37,921 nucleotides of DNA, taken from positions 1-37,921 of the forward strand of contig CAYVHW010000002.1 of the NCBI GenBank assembly GCA_964451435.1, given 5' to 3'. Within the stretch, counting starts at the first letter, position 1. Every line of letters starts with the position of its first letter. The stretch comes from an uncultured Nitrososphaeria archaeon. GTDB taxonomy: Archaea; Thermoproteota; Nitrososphaeria_A; Caldarchaeales; Wolframiiraptoraceae. Below are positions 1 through 9,705 of this stretch, in pieces. The notes below the pieces were generated by a model. The model ran no database searches and had not been told where the DNA came from. It saw nothing but the letters and a program-made list of their open reading frames with translations. Position numbers and translations under genes: made by a program.

Positions 1-171
1 CCGGGTATCTTCTCCGCGGCCAAGGATCCAAAGCCCGGGATCCGTGGCCCATTTTTCTGACCAGCTTGTTTGGCCGCTAGACTACCGGGCTTCCATCGTA
101 TATGCTCCCTTGGATGCTTTTGTGTTTTCCGCTTAAGGTTGAAATCGAGGCTTACCCCATCTTCGCCGGAT

Positions 172-402
172 TTGGGCAGGTTGTATAGGATCGTCAGGTG
201 CTCCAACTGTGGGAATCTCCAGATAACCTCGGCTAGGAAGAAGTTTAGATGCGTTAGATGCGGCGCCGTCCAAGACATCAGCTCCGTTAAGCCATTATAT
301 GTTACCGAGGATTCGAGGAAGGCGAGGGAGGTGCTGGCGGAGCTTAAGAGTCGTGGAAAAGCTTTAGGGTTCAAGAAGCCCGCCGGTATGAAGTGGGGAT
401 AA
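172..402 (+). CDS. Small zinc-ribbon protein (DUF1922-like), two CxxC pairs
   Basis: The ORF track gives 70..402. The N-terminal 34 codons look non-protein-like, so an in-frame TTG at 172 or 181 is the likelier start. The motif RCSNCGNLQ...FRCVRCG is followed by a basic helical tail. Confidence 0.55.
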   Translation: MGRLYRIVRCSNCGNLQITSARKKFRCVRCGAVQDISSVKPLYVTEDSRKAREVLAELKSRGKALGFKKPAGMKWG

Positions 403-470
403 TTTAGGGATATAAGTCAGCCGTTAAGCCGGCTAACAGTTATAGGTTGAGAAGGATCACATATCTTGGG

Positions 471-1313
471 ATGCTATTAGGCGCTCACGTCTCGATATCT
501 GGATCCGTGGATAAGGCGGTGGATAGGGCCAAAGACCTAGGATGCACGACCTTCCAGATCTTCACGAGGAATCCTAGGGGATGGACCGCTAAGCCGTTTA
601 AGAAGGGTGAGGTCGAGGAGTTTAGGAGGAAGTTTGAGGAATATGGGTTTAAGGTCGCCGTCGCCCACATGCCCTACCTCCCAAACCTCGCATCCCCCGA
701 TAAGAGCGTGTATAGGAAGTCTGTGAAGTCCTTGATGGAGGAGCTTAAGCGGACTGAGAGGCTTGGACTCCCCTACCTCGTCTTACACGTTGGAAGCCAT
801 CTAGGGAAGGGGATCGAGGGAGGGATTAAGAGGGTTGCCGGGGGAATCAACAAGGCATTCTCGAAGGTCGATAATGATGTGATGCTATTGTTGGAGAACA
901 TGGCGGGCCAGAAGAATAGCGTTGGATCGAGATTCGAGGACATAAGGAGGATAATAGACCTAATAGAGGATAAGAGCAGGATCGGAGTATGCTTCGACAC
1001 ATGCCACGCATTCGCCGCAGGATACGACCTCAGAACCAAGAAGGCGATAGAGAATACCATAGAGGACTTCGATAAGATAATTGGATTGAAGATGCTCAAG
1101 GTGGTCCACATAAACGATTCAAAGGGAGACTTGGGAAGTTGTATAGATAGGCATGAGCATCTCGGACTCGGTAAGATAGGGCTGAGGGGGTTAAAGGAGT
1201 TCGTCCACCATCCAGCGATAAGACCCTTACCATTGATCTTGGAGACCCCCGTCGATTCACGCGGGAACTTCAAGACGAATCTAGCAAAGCTTAAGAAGAT
1301 CTATCAGGGATAG
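471..1313 (+). CDS. nfo: Endonuclease IV (AP endonuclease, TIM-barrel)
   Basis: Motifs seen: MLLGAHVSISG, HMPYLPNLASP, LVLHVGSH, ENMAGQKN, CFDTCHAFAAGYD, HINDSKGDLGSCIDRHEHLG. ATG at 471 lies inside track ORF 447..1313. Confidence 0.9.
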   Translation: MLLGAHVSISGSVDKAVDRAKDLGCTTFQIFTRNPRGWTAKPFKKGEVEEFRRKFEEYGFKVAVAHMPYLPNLASPDKSVYRKSVKSLMEELKRTERLGLPYLVLHVGSHLGKGIEGGIKRVAGGINKAFSKVDNDVMLLLENMAGQKNSVGSRFEDIRRIIDLIEDKSRIGVCFDTCHAFAAGYDLRTKKAIENTIEDFDKIIGLKMLKVVHINDSKGDLGSCIDRHEHLGLGKIGLRGLKEFVHHPAIRPLPLILETPVDSRGNFKTNLAKLKKIYQG

Positions 1314-1328
1314 GTTTGGTTGAAGTTT

Positions 1329-1760
1329 ATGGAGCGTGTGATGAGGATTCTCCGCTGGATTAGGGCAAAATTTCTCACAAAGACATTCTTGAAGTTCGCG
1401 ATAGTCGGTGGAAGCGGGGTGATCGTGAACATGCTCGTCTTCCTCATCCTAACAAACTATACATCCATCCATCACCTTGTTGCGAGCGCCATAGCAACTG
1501 AAACGGCCATCCTAAACAACTTTACCTGGAATCATCTCTGGACTTTTAGGAGGAGGGGGAAGATGAACATACTTGTGAGGATCGCGGCCTTCCACGGCTC
1601 CAGGATCTTAGGGTTGATCGTGACGGTTGCTGGACTCTATGTTTTATCGGATCTCCTAGGGCTTCCCGAGTATCCATACTATATCGTCGCGATAGGGCTT
1701 GGGGTTATAGCGAACTTTCTCACGAGCGACCTCTTCGTCTGGCCTGAATCCCAGGCTTGA
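1329..1760 (+). CDS. GtrA-family membrane protein
   Basis: FLKFAIVGGSGVIVNMLVF and four predicted TM segments. ATG at 1329 lies inside track ORF 1320..1760. Confidence 0.7.
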   Translation: MERVMRILRWIRAKFLTKTFLKFAIVGGSGVIVNMLVFLILTNYTSIHHLVASAIATETAILNNFTWNHLWTFRRRGKMNILVRIAAFHGSRILGLIVTVAGLYVLSDLLGLPEYPYYIVAIGLGVIANFLTSDLFVWPESQA

Positions 1761-2331
1761 CCCCATAGACCCTAACTCTATCCAAGACCCCGGATCTATC
1801 GAGCGCTAGGAGTATCATGTAGCCCAGGATGGATCCCGGAACCGAGCTTAAGGCCCATCCAAGCCAGAATATTGGGAGGAATTCTAGGGCTCCTCTCTGC
1901 TCTATGACTCCGAGTATTCTAACGTCTCCTATCGCTGGTGCGAGGATGAAGACGGAGATGGTTCCGCCGATCAATACGGTTCCAATGGGTTCCATCAAGG
2001 CAGCCGAGTATCTAAGGAACCTATTCCTTAATCTAGACGTTATCATGTATGCGAGACCAACTATCAATGCTCCTGGAACTCCTCCGGGGAATGCGTAGAG
2101 GGTTCCGACCCCGATCATATTCCTTATTATTCCTATTAGGAGGGCTGTGAGCATTCCCCACCATGGCCCTAGGATGACTCCTGTCAGCGCGTTTATGAGG
2201 TGCTGGGTTGGATAAGCTTTAGTCGTGAGGAACTGGAACCAAGTTATGGGCGAGAGAGCTACCCCTAGAGCCGTGAAGACCGTTAGAAGCGTTATCCTCC
2301 TTAGCTGAATGCCATCCAACCCACACTCCAT
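1720..2331 (-). CDS. thiW: ThiW-like membrane protein (putative thiazole/thiamine-precursor transporter S component)
   Basis: AYPTQHLINALTGVILGPWWG...IRNMIGVGTLYAFPGGVPGALIVGLAY resembles the ThiW family signature as I recall it. The gene lies next to thiDN. Confidence 0.6.
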   Translation of the reverse strand: MECGLDGIQLRRITLLTVFTALGVALSPITWFQFLTTKAYPTQHLINALTGVILGPWWGMLTALLIGIIRNMIGVGTLYAFPGGVPGALIVGLAYMITSRLRNRFLRYSAALMEPIGTVLIGGTISVFILAPAIGDVRILGVIEQRGALEFLPIFWLGWALSSVPGSILGYMILLALDRSGVLDRVRVYGVKPGIQARRRGRS

Positions 2332-2376
2332 GGACGCAATCTCCTTATAACCATGCGTGTTTAAGACCTAGCTGGG

Positions 2377-2928
2377 ATGAGCGACCTATTCGAGAGATTC
2401 ATCGGGAAGAAGACGATCATCGTCGGAGAGGTTGGATCTGGGAAGACCCTCTTACTTAGCAGATTCCTTGACCAATTGGTGAGGAGCGGGCTCAAGGATA
2501 GGGTCACGGTGATCGAGATGGCCCCGAATATGGGAGATGTGGGTGGGACGGTCGAGAACTATACGAGGAATGTTACGTGCGTCAGATACCTCAAGCCATG
2601 GAGGATAATCCCGCCTAGGACTATGGGGAAGAATCGTGAAGAGGTGATCAGGTATGCGAGGCTTAACATGCTCGCCTTGAAGCCCTTGATAGAGGAGTAT
2701 CTTAGGAATCCGACCGAGATCCTCCTCATAAACGACCTCACGATCTACCTCCATGCAGGGGAGGTCGAGGACATAATCCAGCTCATCAACATCTCAAACA
2801 CCTTCACCGCCACCGCCTATGAGGGTGAGAAGCTCGCGGATGATAGGGGCTCTGGGATAACGGATAGGGAGAGGAGATCCCTAGATAGGTTGAAGGAGCT
2901 TGTGGACGAGGTCTTGAGGCTCAGCTAG
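2377..2928 (+). CDS. Uncharacterized P-loop NTPase
   Basis: Walker A GEVGSGKT and Walker-B-like ILLINDLT. I recognise no further family. Confidence 0.6.
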   Translation: MSDLFERFIGKKTIIVGEVGSGKTLLLSRFLDQLVRSGLKDRVTVIEMAPNMGDVGGTVENYTRNVTCVRYLKPWRIIPPRTMGKNREEVIRYARLNMLALKPLIEEYLRNPTEILLINDLTIYLHAGEVEDIIQLINISNTFTATAYEGEKLADDRGSGITDRERRSLDRLKELVDEVLRLS

Positions 2929-2953
2929 CTTAGGTTTTTTACGTAACCCTACG

Positions 2954-4315
2954 ATGGAGATTTCGATGAAGATACCTAGAGCTTTAACCATAGCTGGATC
3001 GGATTCAGGAGGTGGGGCTGGGATCCAAGCAGACCTAAAGACCTTCGCAGCCCTCGGAGTCCATGGGATGAGCGCACTAACCGCCATAACCGCTCAAAAC
3101 ACCCGTGAGGTGACCATGGTGCATGACATACCGGTGGAGATGGTTAGGGAGCAGATTAGGGTGGTGGTGGAGGATATTGGAGTCGATGCCGTCAAGACTG
3201 GAATGCTCCACACGAGCGAGATAATCGAGGCCGTGGCCTCGGAGCTTAAGGGAATAGATGCTCCCTTAGTCGTCGATCCGGTGATGGTGGCGAAGAGTGG
3301 GGCGAGGCTTCTGAGGGAGGATGCCGTCAAATCCTTGATCGATGAGTTGATACCGCTGGCCACGGTCTTAACCCCAAACGCTGGAGAGGCAGAGGTCTTA
3401 ACAGGATTCAAGGTCAAGACTCTAGATGATCAGAAGAAGGCTGCTCAAAAGATCTCGGAACTCGGGGTCAAGGCGGTTGTGGTTAAGGGAGGCCACATCC
3501 CCGGAGAGAGGGTGGCCGATGTCCTCTACCTTGATGGAGAGTTCAAGATCTATGAATCGAGGAGGATTGAGAGCAGGAATACTCATGGAACTGGATGCTG
3601 CTTCGCCTCAGCGATAGCCGCCGAACTCGCCAAGAACACCCCGATACCCGAAGCCGTTGGGATCGCTAAGAGATTCGTCGAGGACGCTATCAGATACGGT
3701 TTCCCAGTCGGCGGAGGCCATGGCCCGATAAACCCGGTTGGGAGATTGATCGAGGACGCTGAGAGGTTCAAGGTCTTAGAATCGATGAGGAGGGCCGTGG
3801 AGATCCTAGAATCCATGGACATCTCAAAATACATCCCAGAGTCTCAATCGAATCTAGTGATGGCGATCGATGGAGCGGACAGCCTGTCAGATGTGGCAGC
3901 GATACCCGGAAGAATTGTGAGGATCTATGATGGGGTTAAGGCTTCGGAGGCTCCATGGTTCGGGGCGTCGAGACATGTAGCGAACGCGGTCTTAACGGCC
4001 ATGAAGTTCGATCCCAGAGTTAGGTCGGCGATGAATCTAAGATATGATGAGAGGCTTATCGAGGCGGCCAAGAGGCTTGGATGGGTCGTAAGCTTCTATG
4101 ATAGGAGGGAGGAGCCCGAGGAGATTAAGAGGCTTGAGGGGAGGACCGTCCCATGGGGCATAGAGGTGGCCGTGAAGAGGGCTGGTGGGAGGGTTCCAGA
4201 CCTAGTCTATCATCTAGGAGATTGGGGTAAGGAGCCTATGATCTTAGTCTTCGGCAGAGACTCGATGGATGTCGTGGAGAAGGTTAGAAGGTTGATCGCC
4301 GAGGCATCTAGATGA
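2954..4315 (+). CDS. thiDN: Bifunctional ThiD (HMP/HMP-P kinase) plus ThiN (thiamine-phosphate synthase), the archaeal ThiDN fusion
   Basis: The N-terminal half has [22 protein letters not shown] and [13 protein letters not shown] (ribokinase-like ThiD). A C-terminal domain of about 180 aa is typical of archaeal ThiN. Confidence 0.85.
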   Translation: MEISMKIPRALTIAGSDSGGGAGIQADLKTFAALGVHGMSALTAITAQNTREVTMVHDIPVEMVREQIRVVVEDIGVDAVKTGMLHTSEIIEAVASELKGIDAPLVVDPVMVAKSGARLLREDAVKSLIDELIPLATVLTPNAGEAEVLTGFKVKTLDDQKKAAQKISELGVKAVVVKGGHIPGERVADVLYLDGEFKIYESRRIESRNTHGTGCCFASAIAAELAKNTPIPEAVGIAKRFVEDAIRYGFPVGGGHGPINPVGRLIEDAERFKVLESMRRAVEILESMDISKYIPESQSNLVMAIDGADSLSDVAAIPGRIVRIYDGVKASEAPWFGASRHVANAVLTAMKFDPRVRSAMNLRYDERLIEAAKRLGWVVSFYDRREEPEEIKRLEGRTVPWGIEVAVKRAGGRVPDLVYHLGDWGKEPMILVFGRDSMDVVEKVRRLIAEASR

Positions 4316-4395
4316 TCAGCGGTATTCCCACCTCATCACCATTCAGAGGCGGATCCACATCATCCAAAACTATATGGATATGGGGGTATTTGGGT

Positions 4396-5922
4396 TTAGC
4401 TCGGCAAGGCTTCTAGGGTTAAGCTATACTTCCTCGCTATCTTCAAGAGCTTATTCTGAACCTTCCTGACATAGACTCGATAGTAGCGGCCTGGAATATA
4501 GATTCTCACCAAGCTCCCCTCATCCTCGATCCTAAAGTCCGGGATATGCTTCTGAAGCGTGTTCATTATCTGCCTGATCGGAGCCCTCGGCTTCCTCCTC
4601 TCCTCAAGCTTCTTCACGGGGACGACGAAAGTCCTCTCCCCGAAGACGTATAGCTCGTAGAGTGGTTCATCGGTTAAGAGGTCCTTGACTATGACGGTAG
4701 GCCTCGCTAGATCCGCCTTCCTCAACCCCGCTGGAACCTTTACGGTCATCTCCAAGACGTAGATCGATTGGATCTCGCCCTTATCCATGAAGATAACCGT
4801 ATCTATTATCGATGGAAGCAATCCAACATCAACCCTATTCGCAACCCTTTGGATGGCATCTATCGGGGATGTCGCGTGAATAACTCCGACCATCCCTATT
4901 CCGGCGAGCCTGAGATCTATGAAGAGGTCGAAGTCGCTTGAATCCCTTATCTCATCGAAGATGGTGTAGTCGGGTCTACTTAGGAGGAGGACATCGTGTA
5001 GCTCGCTCTGCCTCGCCGCCGCCTTCGAATACTGGGTTATGTCGGGTGAGACCCTTAGATCCCTCGGGCTCTCGATCGTCTTGACGACCTTATTAAGGGA
5101 GCGATAATATTCGGCTAGGGCTTGGGCGAAGGTAGACTTACCCATTCCAGGTGGGCCTGCTATCAGGATTCCCTCAGCCCTATTCTCAAGCCTATCGACG
5201 ACCTCTGGTGGTAGATAGTAGTCTCTTAGATCCCTCCTTATGACTGGCTTGACGAGGGTTAGCTCGAATCCATCCGAGAATGGTGGCCTCGTGATCACAA
5301 CCCTATAATCTCTTAGCTGGAAGATCTTAACCCCGGGCTTATCTATCTCTAGGAAGGCGTCAACCCCAAAGCTCTTATAAGCCTCCCTCATAAGATGGGC
5401 TATCAGCAATTCAAGCTCATGCCTTGAGACAGGCTTCTCAGATATCTCGACAAACCTCCACCTACCTGGAACTCCTCGCTTAACCCTCGGCGGAAGCCCC
5501 TCCTTTATATGGATGCTCATGACATCCTCCTCGAAGAGCTGGGCTATCGAGAATGGGGGTGGGGGAAGCTCGTAGAGAAGCCTTAAGCCCATCGACTCGG
5601 CGAGCTGGGCCATCACCGGATCACATGTAAGGATCGCGGCGTTCAGCCTCGCGGCCTCTTCAGCTATCAATAATCTATCGCTCTTCTCCCTATCTCTAAG
5701 GTCTCCGACATAGTCGAGCTTGACCCCGGTCTCCTCGCATGCGTTGACTAGGTCTTTAAGCCCCTCCATGGCCATAGTGTCTCCTTGAGATGCTTGATCC
5801 TCAACCTTCTTCAACAAAACCCGGTGGATGAGAAGCCTACCCCTCACTCGCCCCTCCCTAACGAGGTGGGAGGCGGCCTTCAGCTGGATAGCCGATAGAT
5901 CCGGTAGGATTATTTCCTCCAT
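4396..5922 (-). CDS. PIN domain plus PilT-like ATPase plus C-terminal KH protein (COG1855-type)
   Basis: Walker A GPPGMGKST and Walker-B-like TIFDEIRD, with an N-terminal PIN-like region and a C-terminal KH-like segment. ATG at 5922; the track start at 5928 is GTG. Confidence 0.75.
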   Translation of the reverse strand: MEEIILPDLSAIQLKAASHLVREGRVRGRLLIHRVLLKKVEDQASQGDTMAMEGLKDLVNACEETGVKLDYVGDLRDREKSDRLLIAEEAARLNAAILTCDPVMAQLAESMGLRLLYELPPPPFSIAQLFEEDVMSIHIKEGLPPRVKRGVPGRWRFVEISEKPVSRHELELLIAHLMREAYKSFGVDAFLEIDKPGVKIFQLRDYRVVITRPPFSDGFELTLVKPVIRRDLRDYYLPPEVVDRLENRAEGILIAGPPGMGKSTFAQALAEYYRSLNKVVKTIESPRDLRVSPDITQYSKAAARQSELHDVLLLSRPDYTIFDEIRDSSDFDLFIDLRLAGIGMVGVIHATSPIDAIQRVANRVDVGLLPSIIDTVIFMDKGEIQSIYVLEMTVKVPAGLRKADLARPTVIVKDLLTDEPLYELYVFGERTFVVPVKKLEERRKPRAPIRQIMNTLQKHIPDFRIEDEGSLVRIYIPGRYYRVYVRKVQNKLLKIARKYSLTLEALPS

Positions 5923-6036
5923 CACCACTCAACTTTCTCGCCTACGCCTCAGTAGCCGAACTAATAAACTATAACTCGATCATCCAGCTCAAACACGATC
6001 TCTAAATCCTAAGATGTCTAGGAATCCTCGGAGAGC

Positions 6037-7098
6037 TTGGATAAGGGGATCAAGTGTTGGGCGGCGAGGGTTGAGAAGAATAGGGCTGAAGAGGTGAGGA
6101 AGAGGCTTCTAAAGCTCGACATCCTGAATCCCAGATTGAAGCCCTTCGAGAGGAATGGATTCATCTATTTTCCCCTAAAAGATCAGGAAAAGGTTGACGA
6201 TATCCTTGGAGAGCTTAATGTATCCGTGGTGGCCGCATACTTCGAGGAGAGGCCGAGGAGGCCGAAGAGCTTAGAGGAGATCCTCTCAAACAAGCTTCCA
6301 AAAGAGCTGCTCGACCTCATCCCCTCATCCTATGACCTAATCGGGGACATAATCTTGGTCGAGATCCCGCATGAGCTCAAGCCCTATGAGAAGCTTGTGG
6401 CCGAGGCTCTCATGAAACTGCATCCAAGGGTAAAAACGGTCTTATCGAAGGAGGGGGCGACGAGAGGAGCGTATAGGTTGAGGGAGTATAGGGTAATCGC
6501 AGGCTTAAACAGATTCGAGACCGTTCACCGAGAACATGGATGCGTCATTCGAGTAGATTTGAGGAAAGCTTTCTTCAATCCTAGGATGTCTGGTGAGAGG
6601 GTCAGGGTTGCGAGATCCGTCTCGAAAGGCGAGAAGGTTTTAGACATGTTCGCTGGAATAGGCTCATTCTCGATAATAATAGCGAGGGAGCAGCCCACTG
6701 CGACCATAATCGCAATAGAGCTGAATCCAGAGGCATATAAGCTCATGTTAGAGAACATTAAGCTGAACAGGGTTGAGGATAGGGTGAAGCCGATCCTAGG
6801 AGACTGCAGGGAAGTTCTCAAACAGATTCATGAGAAGTTTGATAGGGTGATAATGGATCTCCCGCATAGCTCGATAAACTACCTCGACTTAGCGTTAGAA
6901 AAGACCAAGCAAAATGGAATAATACATCTATACTTGGTTGGCGTCGGAAGAGATCCTGTTGAGGATGCGCGTGAGAGGGTCTTGAAGAAGATTCGAGGCC
7001 TAGGATTCGATGTGGACATACTTTATGCGAGGAGGGTTATGGAGATAGCCCCGCGGAAATCCACGATAGTCTTAGACCTCAAGGTTAGGTGCGGATGA
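6037..7098 (+). CDS. trm5: tRNA (guanine37-N1)-methyltransferase Trm5 (Met-10+ like)
   Basis: SAM motif VLDMFAGIGSFSI, then IAIELNP and IMDLP. TTG start. Confidence 0.85.
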   Translation: MDKGIKCWAARVEKNRAEEVRKRLLKLDILNPRLKPFERNGFIYFPLKDQEKVDDILGELNVSVVAAYFEERPRRPKSLEEILSNKLPKELLDLIPSSYDLIGDIILVEIPHELKPYEKLVAEALMKLHPRVKTVLSKEGATRGAYRLREYRVIAGLNRFETVHREHGCVIRVDLRKAFFNPRMSGERVRVARSVSKGEKVLDMFAGIGSFSIIIAREQPTATIIAIELNPEAYKLMLENIKLNRVEDRVKPILGDCREVLKQIHEKFDRVIMDLPHSSINYLDLALEKTKQNGIIHLYLVGVGRDPVEDARERVLKKIRGLGFDVDILYARRVMEIAPRKSTIVLDLKVRCG

Positions 7099-7119
7099 AT
7101 CAACCTTTTATCCGATGTG

Positions 7120-7127
7120 ATATATAT
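7120..7127 (+). promoter_or_regulatory. TATA-like box upstream of the transglutaminase-like gene
   Basis: atatatat lies about 16-23 nt upstream of ATG 7143. A G-rich SD-like tagggggttg follows. Confidence 0.3.
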
Positions 7128-7142
7128 CATTAGGGGGTTGTT

Positions 7143-8333
7143 ATGAGCTGGGGCACGATCACGGCCTCGACGATCACCTGCATCTTGGCAGTACTCCTCA
7201 TCTTCTCATGCCTTCAATATCAGGTTCTAAGCTCGGATTACATGAACCTGTATAACAGCTACCATCACCTCAAGGGTGAGTATGATCAGCTCAAAGCAAA
7301 CTATATGGATTTGTACGGTCGATACGGCTCTCTTAAGGACAGGTATGAGGGGCTTCAAGAAGATTATCGGGAAGCCTTGGTTGAAGGTGGTCTCTGAGGA
7401 GAACAGCAAGCTGAAGGAGAATTATAGCAGGCTCACCGATAGCTATGAGAAGCTTAAGCTCCAGCTCGATGAAATAAAGAGGAGATATGAAGAATTGGAG
7501 AAGAAGTATGGGGACCTGATGTCAAAGTGTTCCGAGATGGAGGTAAGTCTTCCAAGGATTAAGGGAAGGTTGAAGGAGATCTCAGACAGGATCCTCACCC
7601 CAAGTGATCGAATACCGGACATGTTGAGACAAGCGAGTCCGGCGATGGTCGAGGACGTGGTTTATGGGGAGCTTGGCTTGAGGGCCGAAACCCCTCCTGA
7701 GGCCAAGGCCAAGAAGGTTCTTGAGTGGATCATGCTAAATCTAGAATACTTAGACGACTTCCATCGATATCTAACCGACCATGAATTGAGGTCGCATCAA
7801 GACTTCCTCTCACTCCCAAATGAGACTCTTGCCAGAGGAGGTGGAGACTGCGAAGACCTAGCAACCTAACTTATACGATGCTCAAGGCGGTTCTCGGGGA
7901 GGACGAGCAAATCTACATAGTCTACATCTGCGACGGAACGTGCCACGTGGCCACCATATACAAGCATGGGGATAAGATCATGGTATTGGATCCGGCTGGA
8001 GCCTATGTGACTGATGCGAGGACGCTTTTGGAGATGTCTATGAATAAGGGGTTAAACAGGTATAGGGTTTGGCTTAACCCGCTCGCGATAAGGCGGGAGG
8101 GGAAAGAGTTTTTGATGGAGAATGGATTCGCCGAACTAGTCTATATGAAGGCTCCAGGCATCGAGGAAAAGGCTTACAAATTCATGAAAGCTGAAGACGC
8201 CGTGGCCCTCTGGCTTAACCATTGGAAGGGGGAGATGGCTAACCCGAGTATAAGGATGGTGGCGAACGACACCTTCGTCAAAGTCTTCACCTCAACTCAA
8301 GAATTCCTGGATTGGATGGAGAAGTCGGCTTGA
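7143..8333 (+). pseudogene. Membrane-anchored coiled-coil transglutaminase-like cysteine protease, split into three ORFs by two frameshifts
   Basis: ORFs 7143..7397 (frame 0; TM plus coiled coil), 7276..7869 (frame 1; coiled coil ending GGGDCEDLAT-stop) and 7878..8333 (frame 0; CHVATIY...VLDPAG). The Cys motif is in one ORF and the His/Asp motifs are in the next. Confidence 0.65.
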
Positions 8334-8345
8334 CCGCGATCAGAG

Positions 8346-8353
8346 TATTTATA
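8346..8353 (+). promoter_or_regulatory. TATA box for fen
   Basis: tatttata lies 30-37 nt upstream of ATG 8383, consistent with a short-leader or leaderless archaeal transcript. Confidence 0.4.
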
Positions 8354-8382
8354 CATGGCGTGAGGTTTACTCAGTTGGGAGA

Positions 8383-9417
8383 ATGGGGGTTAAGCTTAGG
8401 GATATAATTCCTCCAGAGGCGATGGAGAGAATAAGCCTCGAAGCCCTAGCGGGTAAGGCGATCGCCCTAGACGCCTACAACATCCTCTACCAGTTCATCA
8501 CGATAATTAGGGGTCCTGATGGGAGACCTCTCATGGATAGGAGGGGTAGGATCACCAGCCATCTAAGCGGGGTCTTCTTCAGGACGATAAACTTCATGAA
8601 GCTCGGGATCAAGCCAATATTCGTCTACGATGGGAGACCTCCAGAACTCAAGATGAAGACCGTCGAGAAGAGGGAGGAGAGGAGGGCTGAGGCCGCGAAG
8701 CTCTATGAGATGGCCTTGGCTGAGGGTAGGATCGAGGAGGCTCAGAAGTATGCGAAGCAGGCGGCGACCCTAAACGAGTTCATAGTCGAGAGCTCGAAGA
8801 GGTTATTGAAGCTCATGGGGGTTCCGATAGTTCAAGCTCCAAGCGAGGGAGAGGCTCAGGCGGCATATATTGTTAAACGTGGAGATGCCTATGCCTCTGG
8901 ATCACAGGACTTCGACTCCCTCCTCTTCGGATCTCCTAGACTCGTCAGGAATCTCTCGATAGTTGGGAGGAGGAAGCTTCCTGGGAGGAAGGAGTATGTC
9001 GAGGTCGAGCCTGAGATAATATACTTGGATAAGCTTCTAGACTCTCTCGGGATCACAAGGGAGCAATTGATAGATATTGGGATCTTGGTTGGAACGGATT
9101 ACTGTGAAGGGGTTAAGGGAGTTGGGCCTAAAACGGCGTTAAAGCTGGTTAAGGAGTATGGCTCAGCCGAGAAAGCCTTAAAGGCGTTGGGAAAGAGCTT
9201 GGAGAGAGATCCGGCCGAGATTAGAGAGCTGTTCCTAAAACCGAGTGTCACTGAGGAGTTTGAGGTGGTGTGGAATGAGCCCGACTATGATGGGATTAAG
9301 AGCATGCTCTGCTATGAGCACGACTTCTCCGAGAATAGGGTTGAGAAGGCTTTGAACGAGCTCGAGTCGGCGTTGAAGAAGAGTAGGGGGGTTACGAGCC
9401 TAGATCAATGGCTCTAA
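8383..9417 (+). CDS. fen: Flap endonuclease 1
   Basis: MGVKLRDIIP..., IFVYDGRPPELK, APSEGEAQAAY, LVGTDYCEGVKGVGPKTALKLV, and a C-terminal PIP-like SLDQWL. Confidence 0.95.
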   Translation: MGVKLRDIIPPEAMERISLEALAGKAIALDAYNILYQFITIIRGPDGRPLMDRRGRITSHLSGVFFRTINFMKLGIKPIFVYDGRPPELKMKTVEKREERRAEAAKLYEMALAEGRIEEAQKYAKQAATLNEFIVESSKRLLKLMGVPIVQAPSEGEAQAAYIVKRGDAYASGSQDFDSLLFGSPRLVRNLSIVGRRKLPGRKEYVEVEPEIIYLDKLLDSLGITREQLIDIGILVGTDYCEGVKGVGPKTALKLVKEYGSAEKALKALGKSLERDPAEIRELFLKPSVTEEFEVVWNEPDYDGIKSMLCYEHDFSENRVEKALNELESALKKSRGVTSLDQWL

Positions 9418-9423
9418 CCAATT

Positions 9424-9705
9424 CTAATGTTCTACCTCTTCCCTCTTGATGAGCTCCACGACCTTCCGCTCAGCATCCAAGCTCAAGACCCTCACCTTAT
9501 CCCTTATCTCAAGCCTCATCAACATGTGTCTAAGTTCTGGCAGGGTTAGATCTATTCCACGCTTCCTAAGCTCTTCGAGTAGGTTTAGCTCTAGGGATTT
9601 TCCCCCAAGCTTATCCAAGACCTCAACTATCCTCGAGTAAGCCTCGCTTCCAGGCCTCGAAATATGTTTAACCGCCTTCTTACCAGCCCTCTTCATATCC
9701 TTCAA
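9424..9705 (-). CDS. Small hypothetical protein, possibly winged-helix, translationally coupled to cdc48
   Basis: 93-aa ORF. Its start overlaps the cdc48 stop by 4 nt. Helical and basic, with no family recognised. Confidence 0.5.
   Translation of the reverse strand: MKDMKRAGKKAVKHISRPGSEAYSRIVEVLDKLGGKSLELNLLEELRKRGIDLTLPELRHMLMRLEIRDKVRVLSLDAERKVVELIKREEVEH

Noticed and set aside
1-69. A palindromic ggatcc...ggatcc hairpin followed by ttttt. I considered it as the 3' end of a tRNA or other RNA gene. Separately, frame 1 is open to a TGA at 58-60 (PGIFSAAKDPKPGIRGPFF-stop).
   Set aside because: The stem-loop has an 8-10-nt loop without a T-loop consensus, and no acceptor-stem partner is visible. 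The 19-codon open frame is too short to call. It could be the tail of an upstream gene, but this cannot be supported from the window.
2332-2376. A TPP riboswitch upstream of the thi genes. I also checked 2929..2953.
   Set aside because: The spacers are only about 45 and 25 nt, far too short for a TPP aptamer, and no ctgaga/acctga-type core motifs are seen.
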